This document shows, one piece after another, positions 1 to 11,023 of a stretch of 64,000 bases of DNA; position 1 is the first letter of the stretch; every line of letters begins with the position of its first letter. This DNA comes from Anthoceros angustus (lineage: Eukaryota > Plantae > Anthocerotophyta). Where the stretch lies: the NCBI GenBank assembly GCA_010909165.1, contig MU008203.1:248001-312000 (forward strand). Reading direction: 5' to 3'. Position numbers and translations under genes: made by a program. A model generated the notes under the pieces. It did no database searches, was not told the origin of the DNA, and worked only from the letters and a program-made list of their open reading frames with translations.

Positions 1-823
1 TGAAAATTGGCGGATGATATCACCTCCCTCGCAGCACTCCCTCATGAGCTAACGCTACGGTGAGCATCATGGTGGGAGCCTGAAGTTGGGTCTTCAAGCG
101 CTGAGTCAGAAGTTAAAAGCTTGTATTTTATCCTTCCTCGAGTGTACAATGCCCCCTAGATATTCCTTCACCGCACATGTCCATTATGTGGCATCGTGCC
201 CAATGCTGAAAGTTGAATACAATTGACAGTAGATTCTAGGTATCGCAGTAGCAACTTCTAGATCCCTGTAAATGCTTACCTGTGCTTGGTGATGTTAGAT
301 TTCTGGGCAACAAGTAAGCCATTCTGCTGCCAATATGTGGCGTGCAGGAGGACATGAAGGAAGTCTGGTTCCTTAGGTGCAAGTGAAATGTCCTCTTTGT
401 GAAGAGGGGTTATTTTCATGTGATGGAAATGGTCGACGTGTGTGGTGTTTTGGCTGTCTTTCCATACTTTTCAATGGTTTCTAGAAATGATCGATTCCCC
501 ACTGTAGATTGAAGTGCCACCCTCTCATTTCGGAGGGTGAAATAAAAACTGTCCAACCGACTTTCGTACTCACCAGGGCATCAGTCTTGGTGATTTTTGT
601 TATATTGCAGTTTGCAGGGCCTTCTCACGCCAGTAGGATCCTCTGAGAGGACGATGAAGTCGTGTCTAACATTGAATTGATTGAACTGACCAACCAACGT
701 GCTGCAGCAATTGCCACTGAATCCTGTCATTTGGAACACGTTTTTGACACTGCTCACGGCCTAGCAGGGTCATAGTCATACTTGTCTTGTCAAACGGGTG
801 TTTGAGAATATTGCATTATTCCA

Positions 824-1010
824 GCAACGTCTGTGAAGGTGCTCCGAACTGTCACCGCAAGCACGCAGCCTTGTTTCAGATTGGGGTATTATTCACTTTG
901 CCCTTTGAAGAAGAAGAAGAAGAATTGCAACGTCTGTGAAGGTGCTCCGAACTTTCACCGCAAGCACGCAGCCTTGTTTCTTATTGGGGTATTATTCACT
1001 TTGCCCTTTG
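824..1010. repeat. 84-bp direct duplication (824-907 and 927-1010) separated by a (GAA)n microsatellite
   Basis: Both copies read GCAACGTCTGTGAAGGTGCTCCGAACT...TTCACTTTGCCCTTTG with only about 3 differences; the spacer is AAGAAGAAGAAGAAGAATT. Confidence 0.9.
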
Positions 1011-1075
1011 GTGGTGCTCAAATCTAAGAGTGCTAATCTGATTGTGGGGTGAAGCTTCGAGGGCATCTAATGGCG

Positions 1076-1147
1076 GCACTGGTGGTTAGGTGGTGGCGAG
1101 CTTGGTCCCCGCAAGAGCACGGCCGAGTTCGATCCCCGGTCACTGCG
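1076..1147 (+). pseudogene. Degenerate tRNA-Gly(CCC)-like sequence (tRNA pseudogene or SINE head)
   Basis: 72 nt. GCACTGG/TCACTGC acceptor stem pairs 6/7. A-box-like TGGTTAGGTGG and B-box GAGTTCGATCC are present. CTTG-GTCCCCG-CAAG anticodon arm centres CCC. Atypical loop bases and a T-stem mismatch argue against function. Confidence 0.55.
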
Positions 1148-2043
1148 TAGACCCGCAATCGACGGTACGCACATATCTAAAACTTTCCTGGCTTCACTTC
1201 CTTCCGAAGTAAAGTTCCATTACAAAAAGAAAACATGGGAAAGGGAAAGCGAGCTTGCCGATGTAATGGGGCTGCATGCTACTGATGAGTTGCGTTGTGG
1301 GCACGAAGACTTGTACTGCACGCGGGGGCAGGCGCATCCGTGATTTGGAATGTCCTGCTCCCGACTTGAGTCTCATACCCGAGCCTCGAGGTGGTGTGGT
1401 TATGTGTGGACGAGTCCCGAGTCCCGAGTCGTCCCGACTGCCCGGCCTGCCGTGCGTCCAAGGCCAGCCTTGGCCACATGGTGAGATATTCATTCAGCTC
1501 CACATTCGCATGTGCGCTTCTGTCACATGAGCCTGGCCAAGGTGAAGTGGTGAAGTTGGAATGTGGAGACGCAAGTTGCAGTCGAAGGAGGCCCCGCCCC
1601 AGCGCCCGGACGCCCGGACTGGTCATGACAAATTGACAATGCCATGACATGGAGCAGCGGATCGGATAATTAAAAAAGAAAAAAAGCACGGATTCTGATA
1701 CGGTCCCGCCAACCGGGTCGAATGCGAATGCGAATCCAGTGCCCGAATATAATAAAAGCCGGGTCCGTGATGCGGTCGGGACTCGGGATGCGTGAAAGCA
1801 AGTACACATAAGCGGGGGCCCGCCGGTGCCGGAGCCTGTGAGGCGTGGTGCGCTGCCGACTCCGACCCATAGACCGACTCGCACTTGCCTCTGGAGGACG
1901 CCTCTTGCGTCTTGCTTTTTTCATCTCATTCCGGACCCAAATCATTTCGTCATGGGACTGATAACAGATAACTAGGCTGGGATTCTCATCCGTGAGAGGG
2001 GAGAACCAAAACTATAAACGCGATCGGCAATGACAGCCGTGGA

Positions 2044-2124
2044 CGCAGCCTGAGAGATTCGAACTCTCGCGGGCGAACCCATGTACTTAGCAGGCACACG
2101 CCTTAACCACTCGGCCAAAGCTGC
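2044..2124 (-). tRNA. tRNA-Ser(GCT): tRNA-Ser (anticodon GCT)
   Basis: Reverse complement GCAGCTTTGGCCGAGTGGTTAAGGCGTGTGCCTGCTAAGTACATGGGTTCGCCCGCGAGAGTTCGAATCTCTCAGGCTGCG gives a complete cloverleaf with long variable arm, matching plant cytosolic tRNA-Ser(GCT). Confidence 0.95.
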
Positions 2125-4038
2125 ATATGTCTCCTGAGGAGAAAAATATATTATATTTAATTGTTTACAAAGAAATTATTTTTTCATTTTATATATTATT
2201 GAGCACAAGATGTGGGGAGGTCAATGAACATTCTGACCACACTCTTAGCATCTCAATTAACTGTATTAAAGTTTAAGTTCATCACCCCCAAATAGAACTC
2301 CTCTACAACTGTGCAACCTACGAGCGGATTTGCACTCAGATGGAGTGCCATCCTTTGCACCCTAGGAAAAAAAAAGGGGCACAAACCTTAAACCCTAATT
2401 GTACACAGCTGTCAAGTATCTAGTCCTGTGTTTGAAATCGTCCAAGTTACGTGTGTTTACAATTGTTTCACTCCGTGGGCGCACCGGCCTTCCTCGTATC
2501 CGATCTTCCGCTCAAAATTAGTTTTTAGATAAAAGATAAAAAGATAAAGTTGCCAAGTACCAAGTCCCGTGAGAAAAATTCGCTTTTGGGGATTGGTGGT
2601 TTTGGGGATTGAGTACCATCTCCAACCATAAGGCACACCACATATGAAGGTGGTTTTGGAGATTGAGATCTAAATTGATTACCGGACAGGGATAGTCTCA
2701 TTTATATCAAACAAATTGAAATAAGGAGTCTTAAGGGACACCCTAAGTTGAAGTACCTACTACCCCAAAAAAGAGTCTAACTAAGAAAATCCAACTAATG
2801 TGATTTGAAAATAGGACCTGGCAAAACTCACCCATTATACACTGCAATGCATCTCTATTAAAACTACCTTATGTTTGTACAGTAGGGAATCTGATTCATA
2901 AATGGAAAGAGTAAAAGACTAGTCACCCTATTCCCCTTGTGCAGGAGAAGAAGAAGAGGAAGAATTTTATAGAAGACCAGTTTTCGAGTTTCCGGTCATG
3001 GTGGGACTTGGCACTTCAACAACGTGTACCATGGTGTGGCTAAGCTTTAAGATTATTTGTCTTGTTTAAGATTTATCTTTACATTCGTCTAAATTATTTT
3101 ACCATAATCTATTTAATTATCAGTCCTACAACGAAAATACGTCCTTAGTGGACTTAAATAAGATTCTTCTTCTACTCTCCCCAAGGGCAGTCACTCCCTT
3201 TAGGCACCCCATCCAAGTACGGACCAAAGCGCAGGATGCTTTAACACCGACGTTCTTATATAGATGCATGGAAGGAGGAGAACGACGATATGTTGATGTG
3301 GGTGGTGGAAGAAAAACTCGTGCATGGGGTTGGTGAGGGAGTGCCCCATGCGAGGATCCTCGCACAACATGGCAGCGCAAGAAACAAGGAAGGGCAAGGA
3401 ATAGAAAAAGAAAGGAGATTTGTTACAGGCGAATGAAGATGTCGGAAGATTGATGGGAGGAGAATGTTACGGCAGCAGGGTCCCACTTGGCACATGCACC
3501 CGCACCCGCACGAGGCATGGCCGCCCCTTCTCTCTCGAGATTTCACATCGGCATCGCCTCCAACAATTTATATCGTCAGACTACTCCCTCCCCCTTCCTC
3601 CAGGCTTCTTTTCTTCCCCTCCTTCCTCTCATCAGCAGCTCGTTGCTTCCATTCCTTTGCTCCTCATGGTCAAGAGACTTGTCGTTCCTTCCCTTTCCCC
3701 GTTGTCTCCTCCTCGACCTCACCTTCCTCGCCGTCCTCTATTACGACCTGTGCTGTTGCAGCTGCTGCTGTCGTCTCGACAGACTGAAGCCAGGCCATGG
3801 ATCTGCGCTGCCGCCGGGGAATCCAGCTCATGAATTGGAGGCGGCTCTGGCGCCCTTGCAGCAGCAGACTGCTCCTGTCTCGCTGCTGCCGGTGCCGGTG
3901 TGTGCAGATCGGGTAGATCCGGAGTTTCATTGCCATTGCCAGCGCCAGTGTGAGTGCCATTGCCGTTGCCGTTGCCTTTGTGAGTGCGAATGCGATTGCC
4001 ATTGGCGCGCTAAGGAGGTGTAGTGTAGCGGAGGTAGC

Positions 4039-6338
4039 ATGGATGGAGGAGGGGCGGGGAGCGGGCTGGACTCGCAGCTATGGCACGCGTGCGCGGGGGG
4101 TGTGGTGCAGCTGCCGGGGGTGGGAGCCAGAGTGATCTACTTCCCGCAGGGCCACGGGGAGCAGGCGGCCAGCAGCGTGGAGCTCCCGCAGAGCCTGGGC
4201 CCAGGGGGGAGCGTGCCGTGCCGGGTCACCTCGCTGCACTTCCTGGCGGACGCGGACACGGACGAGGTGTACGCGCGGATGCAGCTGCAGCCGGTGTCCG
4301 GGCAAGTGGCCATGGCGGGCGGGGAAGCGGACTCCGCGACGGGGGCCGGAGCGGGAGCGGGAGCGGGAGCGGAGAAGCCGGCATCCTTTGCCAAGACTCT
4401 CACACAGAGCGACGCCAACAACGGCGGGGGCTTCTCCGTGCCGCGCTACTGCGCCGAGACCATCTTCCCGCCGCTGGACTACTCCGTGGACCCGCCGGTG
4501 CAGACGGTGCTGGCCAAGGACGTGCACGGGGAGACGTGGAGGTTCCGGCACATCTACCGGGGGACGCCCCGCCGCCATCTCCTCACCACGGGGTGGAGCT
4601 CCTTCGTGAACCACAAGAAGCTGGTGGCCGGGGACGCCATCGTGTTTCTTCGGAGCGCCACCGGGGAGCTCTCCGTCGGGGTGCGCAGGTCCATGCGCGG
4701 GAACGGCGCGCCTGGGAGGCCTCGGCTTGGCATTCCTCCGCTCCCCGGAGCTCTCCTGGGCCCGCCGGGGAATAAGCCCAGAGCTGGCGGATTTGGAAAT
4801 CACGCATTCCCGGGGGAGAGTAATGGCAGGGCCGGCGCCATGGCCAGCAGCTTTGCCAGGAACCGGGCCCGGGTCACGGCGATGTCTGTGGTGGAGGCCG
4901 CTTCTTTGGCTGTGGCGGGGCAGCCGTTCGAGGTTTTGTACTACCCCCGGGCCAGCACCGCGGAATTCTGCGTCAAAGCGCATTCCGTGAAGGCTGCGCT
5001 GGATCGGGCTTGCTTCGCGGGGATGCGGTTTAAGATGGCGTTTGAGACGGAGGATTCGTCCAGGATCAGCTGGTTCATGGGGACCGTCGCGGCGGTGCAG
5101 CCGGCTGATACCCTCTGGCCCAAGTCCCCCTGGCGTCTGCTGCAGGTGCTCATTGCATCCCACAGTTTACGCAATCCATTGTCTGCAAAAATTTGTATGA
5201 AGCTTTCCTCACCTTGTGCGTTGGTGTGTGCCTGTTTGTGTGAAGGTGACTTGGGATGAGCCGGACTTGCTACAAGGGGTGAGCAGGGTGAGTCCGTGGC
5301 AGGTGGAGCTGGTGTCCACGCTACCGATGCAGCTGCCTCAATTTGCTCTGCCCAAGAAGAATCCACGCAACTGCAAGTATCCCCTGCAAGGCATGTCCAT
5401 GGCGGCTCTAGGGCCCGTGGCCCCAGGCTGTCTTGTGGAAGATGTTTCTGCAGGCATGCAGGAAGCCAGGCAAGAACGGTGTGATGGGCCGCAAGTCCTT
5501 TCAGCCTTGTGTGCGAAGAAGGGGCCTGTCCCACTCCCAGTGCCAGCTGGGATGCTGTATCGTCAGGATGGAGGTGGAGTGCAGAATCATGGCCTGCCCT
5601 TGTGTGCGTCGGGGGGCAGCCCGCTGCAGCATCAGGACTGGTCTGGGGGCTTCAGGAATTCCGGGGCTCTGCAGGCGGGCACCCCAGTGACAAACGGTTG
5701 CAAGACTGCTCCATTTCTGCTGTTTGGCCAGGCGATAGACCTGGCTGACAAGACCGGTTCCTCTTGCGCCAGGCAGCACCATTCTGTCGCTGCTGGTGCT
5801 GGTCCTGGTCAAGTTCATAGCTTCGCAGCGAATTCAGGAGAGGTACGAGGTAGCTCTGCCTCCAAATACGAAGCTGACTACCTCCACAGACTTTACTCAC
5901 ATGCTGCTGCTACTGGCGGGCCCAAGTGGTTCAAGGAGCAAGGTATGGCAGCACTCGAGCACAAGGCCGACAGGTTCTTTATCGGCTCTTTCTCGCACTG
6001 CAAGGTGTTCAAAGACAGTGAAGAGGTAGGCCGCACCGTGGACCTGGCCATCTTCAGCAACTATGACGAGCTGTTTGGCCGGCTAGCAAGCATGTTCTGC
6101 ATGGACAAGGTGGAGCTGCAGAAGAACCTGGTGTATCGAAACTCGGAAGGCTCCACTCTCCAAGTCGGGAATGAGCCCTACAAGTAACTGCCATTTGCCA
6201 TTTCCCTCCTCCCACACACACCCTTATCTAATTATGTTCGCACATCCTGAAGCATTGCTTGTTTGTGGATACAGAAGTTTCATGCAATCCGTGCGTCGTC
6301 TCACCATCCTTCCCCATGCTGCCAGTTGCGGATCATAG
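4039..6338 (+). CDS. ARF10/16: Class C auxin response factor (ARF10/16/17-like); exons 4039-5145, 5246-6183, 6275-6338
   Basis: LDSQLWHACAGG N-terminus; B3 domain (FAKTLTQSDANNGGGFSVPRYCAETIFP); ARF domain (FEVLYYPRASTAEFCVK, WRLLQ|VTWDEPDLL); PB1 domain (CKVFKDSEEVGRTVDL...EPYK|SFMQSVRRLTIL). GT-AG introns keep the frame. Confidence 0.95.
5452..5472 (+). promoter_or_regulatory. miR160 complementary site in the ARF coding sequence, with a central mismatch
   Basis: AGGCATGCAGGAAGCCAGGCA versus the perfect complement TGGCATACAGGGAGCCAGGCA, at the position typical of class C ARFs. Confidence 0.85.
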
Positions 6339-6799
6339 AAGACAGAAGATACCAGCAACAGGAGGGAGCGCAGTTGGGAGAAGGGCTGGAAGAAGTGCAC
6401 CAGCTCCTGCGGCGAGCTTCTTTCTCCTCTGCCTCGCCCAGCTTATTAAGCTCCCTTCCCTGACCAGCCTCACCTTGATGGGACTACTCTACTTGGCTTC
6501 CGTAGGCCCCGGACTGGACCTACAAGCAACCTGACCTTGACAAACTTCTCCACAGGCGGTGCACACTGTACTTGTATGCACAACAAGGTCAGACAGTCTG
6601 AGATGATCGTCATGAGAGCAACCTAACGTCACAAGCCTGGAAAAGCAAGTCTGCTGAAGATCTGGCACAGAACAATGCCTTCTTCACCGCCTTGATTAAA
6701 GGCCGCCAGCCCACGACAGCCTTCCCTTCCAGAAGCTTTAGTTGCAAAGAAGCAATTATAACATAATGTTGCTATTTCATGAGGATCATCTCACGGTGT

Positions 6800-7110
6800 C
6801 TGCAAACGAAGATGACAGGATTGGATGCCGCCATGCCTTCGTTTTATATTACCCTGTGAGCTCAAGGGTTTTCAGAGACATGCCCTGTTTGGAATACCCT
6901 GCAAGAGGAGAAAGTCCATGTCACCACATCCTCCTGACTTAAGTGCGGCTGGGAATGTCATGATATCAAGCTCGACCACATGAAGGCATTGTTGGGCTCG
7001 GCAACCGCGGTGAACCTTCATCGAATCCTTCTTGCAACTTGCCTTGAGAATATTCACATTCGCCGGCTGTGCTAACACAGGAAAGTGTCCAGCTCATATC
7101 CTTGTTCCAC
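6800..7110 (-). pseudogene. Highly degraded PLS-type PPR fragment
   Basis: Manual minus-strand translation gives PPR-like pieces (GYELDTFL, PNNAFMWSSLIS, QEDVVTWT...GHVSE...NEGMAASNPVIFVC) broken by stops and frameshifts. Confidence 0.35.
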
Positions 7111-8644
7111 GGTCTGACCATGGGCCGGCCGGCGACTCAAACCAGATTTTCAGTATACAAACGTTGAGGACAGCATAGAAAATCGACTGAGACGCTCCTC
7201 GGTTGGCTCATCGTTAGAGCCGATACATCCCTTTGGTTTTCGTCTGCTTACTGGAAAGACAGTGCAGTCAGCTTTGATTTATGCGCAAATTGAAGATTGA
7301 AGGGCTTGAGCTGGATGGAACCATAGGCTATAATTTGCAAGTTCACATGACCTTCTGCAAATTTTGTCAGTCCAGAAAACATGGTTGATGACAGCTGCAT
7401 GTGGTTCATGAGTTGTCTGGAAGAGGGAGTTCATATCAGACACCTGGAATGAGGTGATTGCATGCTGCACATGTTTGGCAACAAGTATGTACTGAGATGA
7501 ATTTGCTCCGCCCAGAAACAAGACAGGGCCCTGTAGCTTACCTGCAATGTGATATTTGTGCGGTAGTGTACCTCCTGTGACATGTACGTGCACATGTGGC
7601 AGCCTTGCACACGGAAATACAGCTTCATCGACCACATGCACAGTGGCATGAATTGCCTGCAAGAGATACATGGTGTCAGGCACCTGGAGTGTGGTGATTG
7701 CTTGGTGCACCTGATTTCTGTCCCAATTCCAAGTCAGAGATGGCCCTCGAGGTGAATCGTGGTGCGACAACAGGGATGGGGTAACTGGCACCATCCCTGT
7801 TGGAGGTGCCTTCCCATTCTTCGTTTTCTTGAAGGACGAATCTACTCGATTTGAGAGATTTTGGGTGCGTTTTGAGCTCTCAGATTTCGTATGTGCCGGG
7901 CACTGTGGGGAACATGCGGATTTTTCAAACAGAAACGTTGGATACCATCTTCATGCCCAACAATGGCCATGAATGCAAGATTCCTCAAACATGCCCTGAA
8001 CCTTGGCGAGTGTAGAAGCCAACGGGTGGCCTCTTTCTGGCCCTTTTTTCAGTTCGGAAATTCGAGTCGGCATATCCAGACCTTGGGTGATGGTGATTTT
8101 TTGTTGTGAGGATGTTCATGAAGTTGTCATGGATTCGTGATAAAGTTTGCTCAATGAAGCTCTTTCTCAATTTGCGTAACCAACTGAAGATGCTCGCCCG
8201 CGTTCCTGTGGCCGTGAAGGCTCACCTTCAAGGGCCTTAAAAATTAGTGGAAGGGGCATCTGAGGCACTGTGCAACTCTGCATGCTGGTAATTGTGAGAG
8301 TGAGAACAGGCTCACCCAATTTTTTTTATCTAGATGTGCATAAATATAAAAAATTCAGCAAAAAATCCCGAAAACGGGCTTCGTCCTAAGGGTTAAACCT
8401 GTTGAAGTCCATGTGTGTTTGTGATGCCATTGTCCCACAACTTGGAGGATAAAGCTTGGCCCTCATTGAAATAATATGCCTACTCTTGGCAAAAAAATAG
8501 AATGCCTGCACTCATTGCCAAGCAAGCTGGTATGAGATGAGCATTCATGTATGTTGTCCCTATGTGAGGTGGACTTCCTAGGCACCCCGGACACTTTGCG
8601 TGAGTGTTTGGCACGAATCTGCTTATAAATAATTACTATGTAGC

Positions 8645-8761
8645 TATTAGCATGATAAAAAATCTAAGGCCACTTGTTGTAAGACCCTTGAGACATTCGT
8701 TATATATCTATTAGAATGATAAAAAATTTAAGACTACCTATTATAAGACCTTTGGGACATT
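8645..8761. repeat. Degenerate tandem repeat, two copies, ~64-bp period
   Basis: TATTAG(C/A)ATGATAAAAAAT(C/T)TAAG...TAAGACC(C/T)TTG(A/G)GACATT occurs twice; differences are mostly transitions. Confidence 0.75.
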
Positions 8762-9469
8762 TATATCTCTTTGCAACTCTCTTTGATATATCTCTTTTGA
8801 AGCCGTCTTACCCACAAGCAGAATTAAAATATAATTTTCTATTAATTAATTTTCTTAATTAGTTTTATTAATAAAATAATTTATATATTATAAAAATCAC
8901 GTATATATTATTTATTATTGCTTACATAGTCTATGTACTTATGATATACGATCCTAATTGGCTTTTAAAACATTCTTCTCCTTCTTGTAGCAAAGGAAAT
9001 ATGTGTTCGACATAAATTTTATAGGTATATAAATAGGATGTATATAAACATCTTATCTCTATATATATGTATATATATAATATATAATATATATTCATGA
9101 TGTTACCATGTGGTCATATATGCTCAATGGTTCAGTCGTCTCTCATTAATTTGGACTTTTCTAAAGGGAAAGCCAAGCTTATGTCAGTAGGTTTGTTATT
9201 GACCCCTTTGCACATTAAAGGGAGTAAGCACTTACCTCCCAATAAGGAAAATCTTATTCTAATTATGTCAAAACAATCAACATTGTTCCACTTTTCTAAT
9301 TAGGAGTATTATAAATATATATATTCAACACTTTGTGCTGACCTATGCATACATGCCCCCTACAAATGGTTTAGGAAGCAGGTTCCCTTGTAGATTTTTT
9401 ATTTTTAGTTGCTCTTGCTGGCATAGTTGGCTCACAATAAGGTTCCACATGGTAGTGTCGAACAGTAGC

Positions 9470-9614
9470 GTCTATGCTAAGTATGCGTTATAAAATATGT
9501 CGTTGTTTTCATATCTTAGTAAAAGTGTCTATGCTAAGAACATAAAATATGATGATGTTTTCATATCTTAGTATAAGTCTCCATGTTCGTTTATGAGTTA
9601 GTTTTCATATCTTA
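9470..9614. repeat. Degenerate tandem repeat, ~2.5 copies, ~57-bp period
   Basis: GTCTATGCTAAG...ATAAAATATG...GTTTTCATATCTTAGT repeats at 9470 and 9527, with a partial copy at 9601. Confidence 0.75.
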
Positions 9615-9907
9615 TTTTTTACAAGTCTTGGTTGATCAATGATTACTGTCCATATGTATATCAAAGATAATTCAAATCTTACTTAGATATTTTAAAAAAC
9701 ATATCAAAAAAGAAAAATCTGATTTGCAATTTCATTTGATTGAAAACTTGCAATTTCACTGTATTGAAAACTAAACTGCCCCACTCTAGACTAATTATAT
9801 GGTATAGTTAGTAGATTATGCAGTAGATTGTTTTGTGAATCAACATGATGGGATTGACCCATATTGTACATCTATTGAAATAAGACTTCTTTGTCAATTT
9901 CTCATAG

Positions 9908-11023
9908 ATGACTAGTACAACATCTCAAAAATCTCCAAATAACAATTTAGAAGTCTTTTCCGAATTTTGCATAGATGATCCTGTGGGTGTGAGATGCAAT
10001 AGGAGGAAGTGGTTATTTGGGAAAATTCAAGGAGAAACCACAAGAGGAATCAAAGTGAGAATAAATACTATCAAAAGCGGCCTGACCGAAGTAGTGAATG
10101 TCCCATTTGCCTTAGTCCCCACTCACCTTCTCAAAGCAACTTCTTTAGGTCAAACTTTACGTCTTCCTGAAAATTGTATTGTACCTCTCCAAGAATCTAA
10201 TCCTCATGAGCAACCAATTAAATACTTGGTTCCTTTAGTAAGGCCGGCCCATCTGGCGCATCGCCTTATTTATCAACTTTGTGATGAAGAACTAGTGCAT
10301 GACATTGAAACAACTTGTAGAATTTGTCAACAACCAATTTCCGATGGCGAAAGATATTGTCCTTGGGATTGTAAGCATGTATGTCATTTGTCTTGTGTTA
10401 GATACAGCTTCAAAAAAGGATTCGGAAAACGTTGTCCTACATGTGACAAAGGAAACTTTGGCCAGCCCTTTGTAAGTGAGAACAATGACATACATGAAGA
10501 TGACAACGCATCTTACTTTTGTCAAAATTGTGGGAATATTGGAGAACAATATTGTCCAGTATGTAAGACTATAGATTGGGGTGTTGCTATGATGGATGAT
10601 GATGTTTCCATGAAAGACGATCAAGAATTTCACACTACAAATTCTTTGTCTCCAAGTACTCTTCTAGATGTCAATGCATCTTTGCAACCCATCAACGAGG
10701 ATAAAGAAGAAGAGAGGGATTTCGTAGCAAATGATAATAACCATGATAAAAGGAAGACCACATTATCATCTCCAATATCTATTCACAATAATTTACAGAA
10801 TGAACTTCCTAGCACCTCGCAATCCCAAATTGAGACGTTAAAATCACAATCTAATATTCTATTTTTTAAAAATAATAATAATGAACATATCACGTTACCC
10901 ATGAACTTTGGTGAGGGACCATGGATAACAGTTAGAGAACATGGGCTCACTAAAAAATCTGAGGAGCAAACTACTTTAGAGATGGAGGCAAAAGAACACG
11001 AAAAGCGTTTGTTTGATAATTAA
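9908..11023 (+). CDS. Intronless 371-aa ORF with a RING-type zinc finger and a CxxC/CxxC zinc ribbon, in an AT-rich island
   Basis: CRIC-x10-CPWDCKHVCHLSC-x11-CPTC matches RING spacing. FCQNCGNIGEQYCPVCK follows. A long open frame in AT-rich DNA is unlikely by chance. Confidence 0.6.
   Translation: MTSTTSQKSPNNNLEVFSEFCIDDPVGVRCNRRKWLFGKIQGETTRGIKVRINTIKSGLTEVVNVPFALVPTHLLKATSLGQTLRLPENCIVPLQESNPHEQPIKYLVPLVRPAHLAHRLIYQLCDEELVHDIETTCRICQQPISDGERYCPWDCKHVCHLSCVRYSFKKGFGKRCPTCDKGNFGQPFVSENNDIHEDDNASYFCQNCGNIGEQYCPVCKTIDWGVAMMDDDVSMKDDQEFHTTNSLSPSTLLDVNASLQPINEDKEEERDFVANDNNHDKRKTTLSSPISIHNNLQNELPSTSQSQIETLKSQSNILFFKNNNNEHITLPMNFGEGPWITVREHGLTKKSEEQTTLEMEAKEHEKRLFDN

Noticed and set aside
370-480. 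Plus-strand stretch translating to KCPLCEEGLFSCDGNGRRVWCFGC, zinc-finger-like
   Set aside because: Short, no clear exon context and no recognisable family; may be chance.
2551-3022. Short imperfect inverted repeat (CAAGTACCAAGTCCC / GGGACTTGGCACTT) suggesting a MITE
   Set aside because: Only about 15 bp with mismatches and no TSD found.
4078-5534. Long antisense and alternative-frame ORFs over the ARF gene (similar ones over SIG1, PEBP, F-box and ATAB2)
   Set aside because: Shadow ORFs expected from GC-rich codon usage; no independent motifs.
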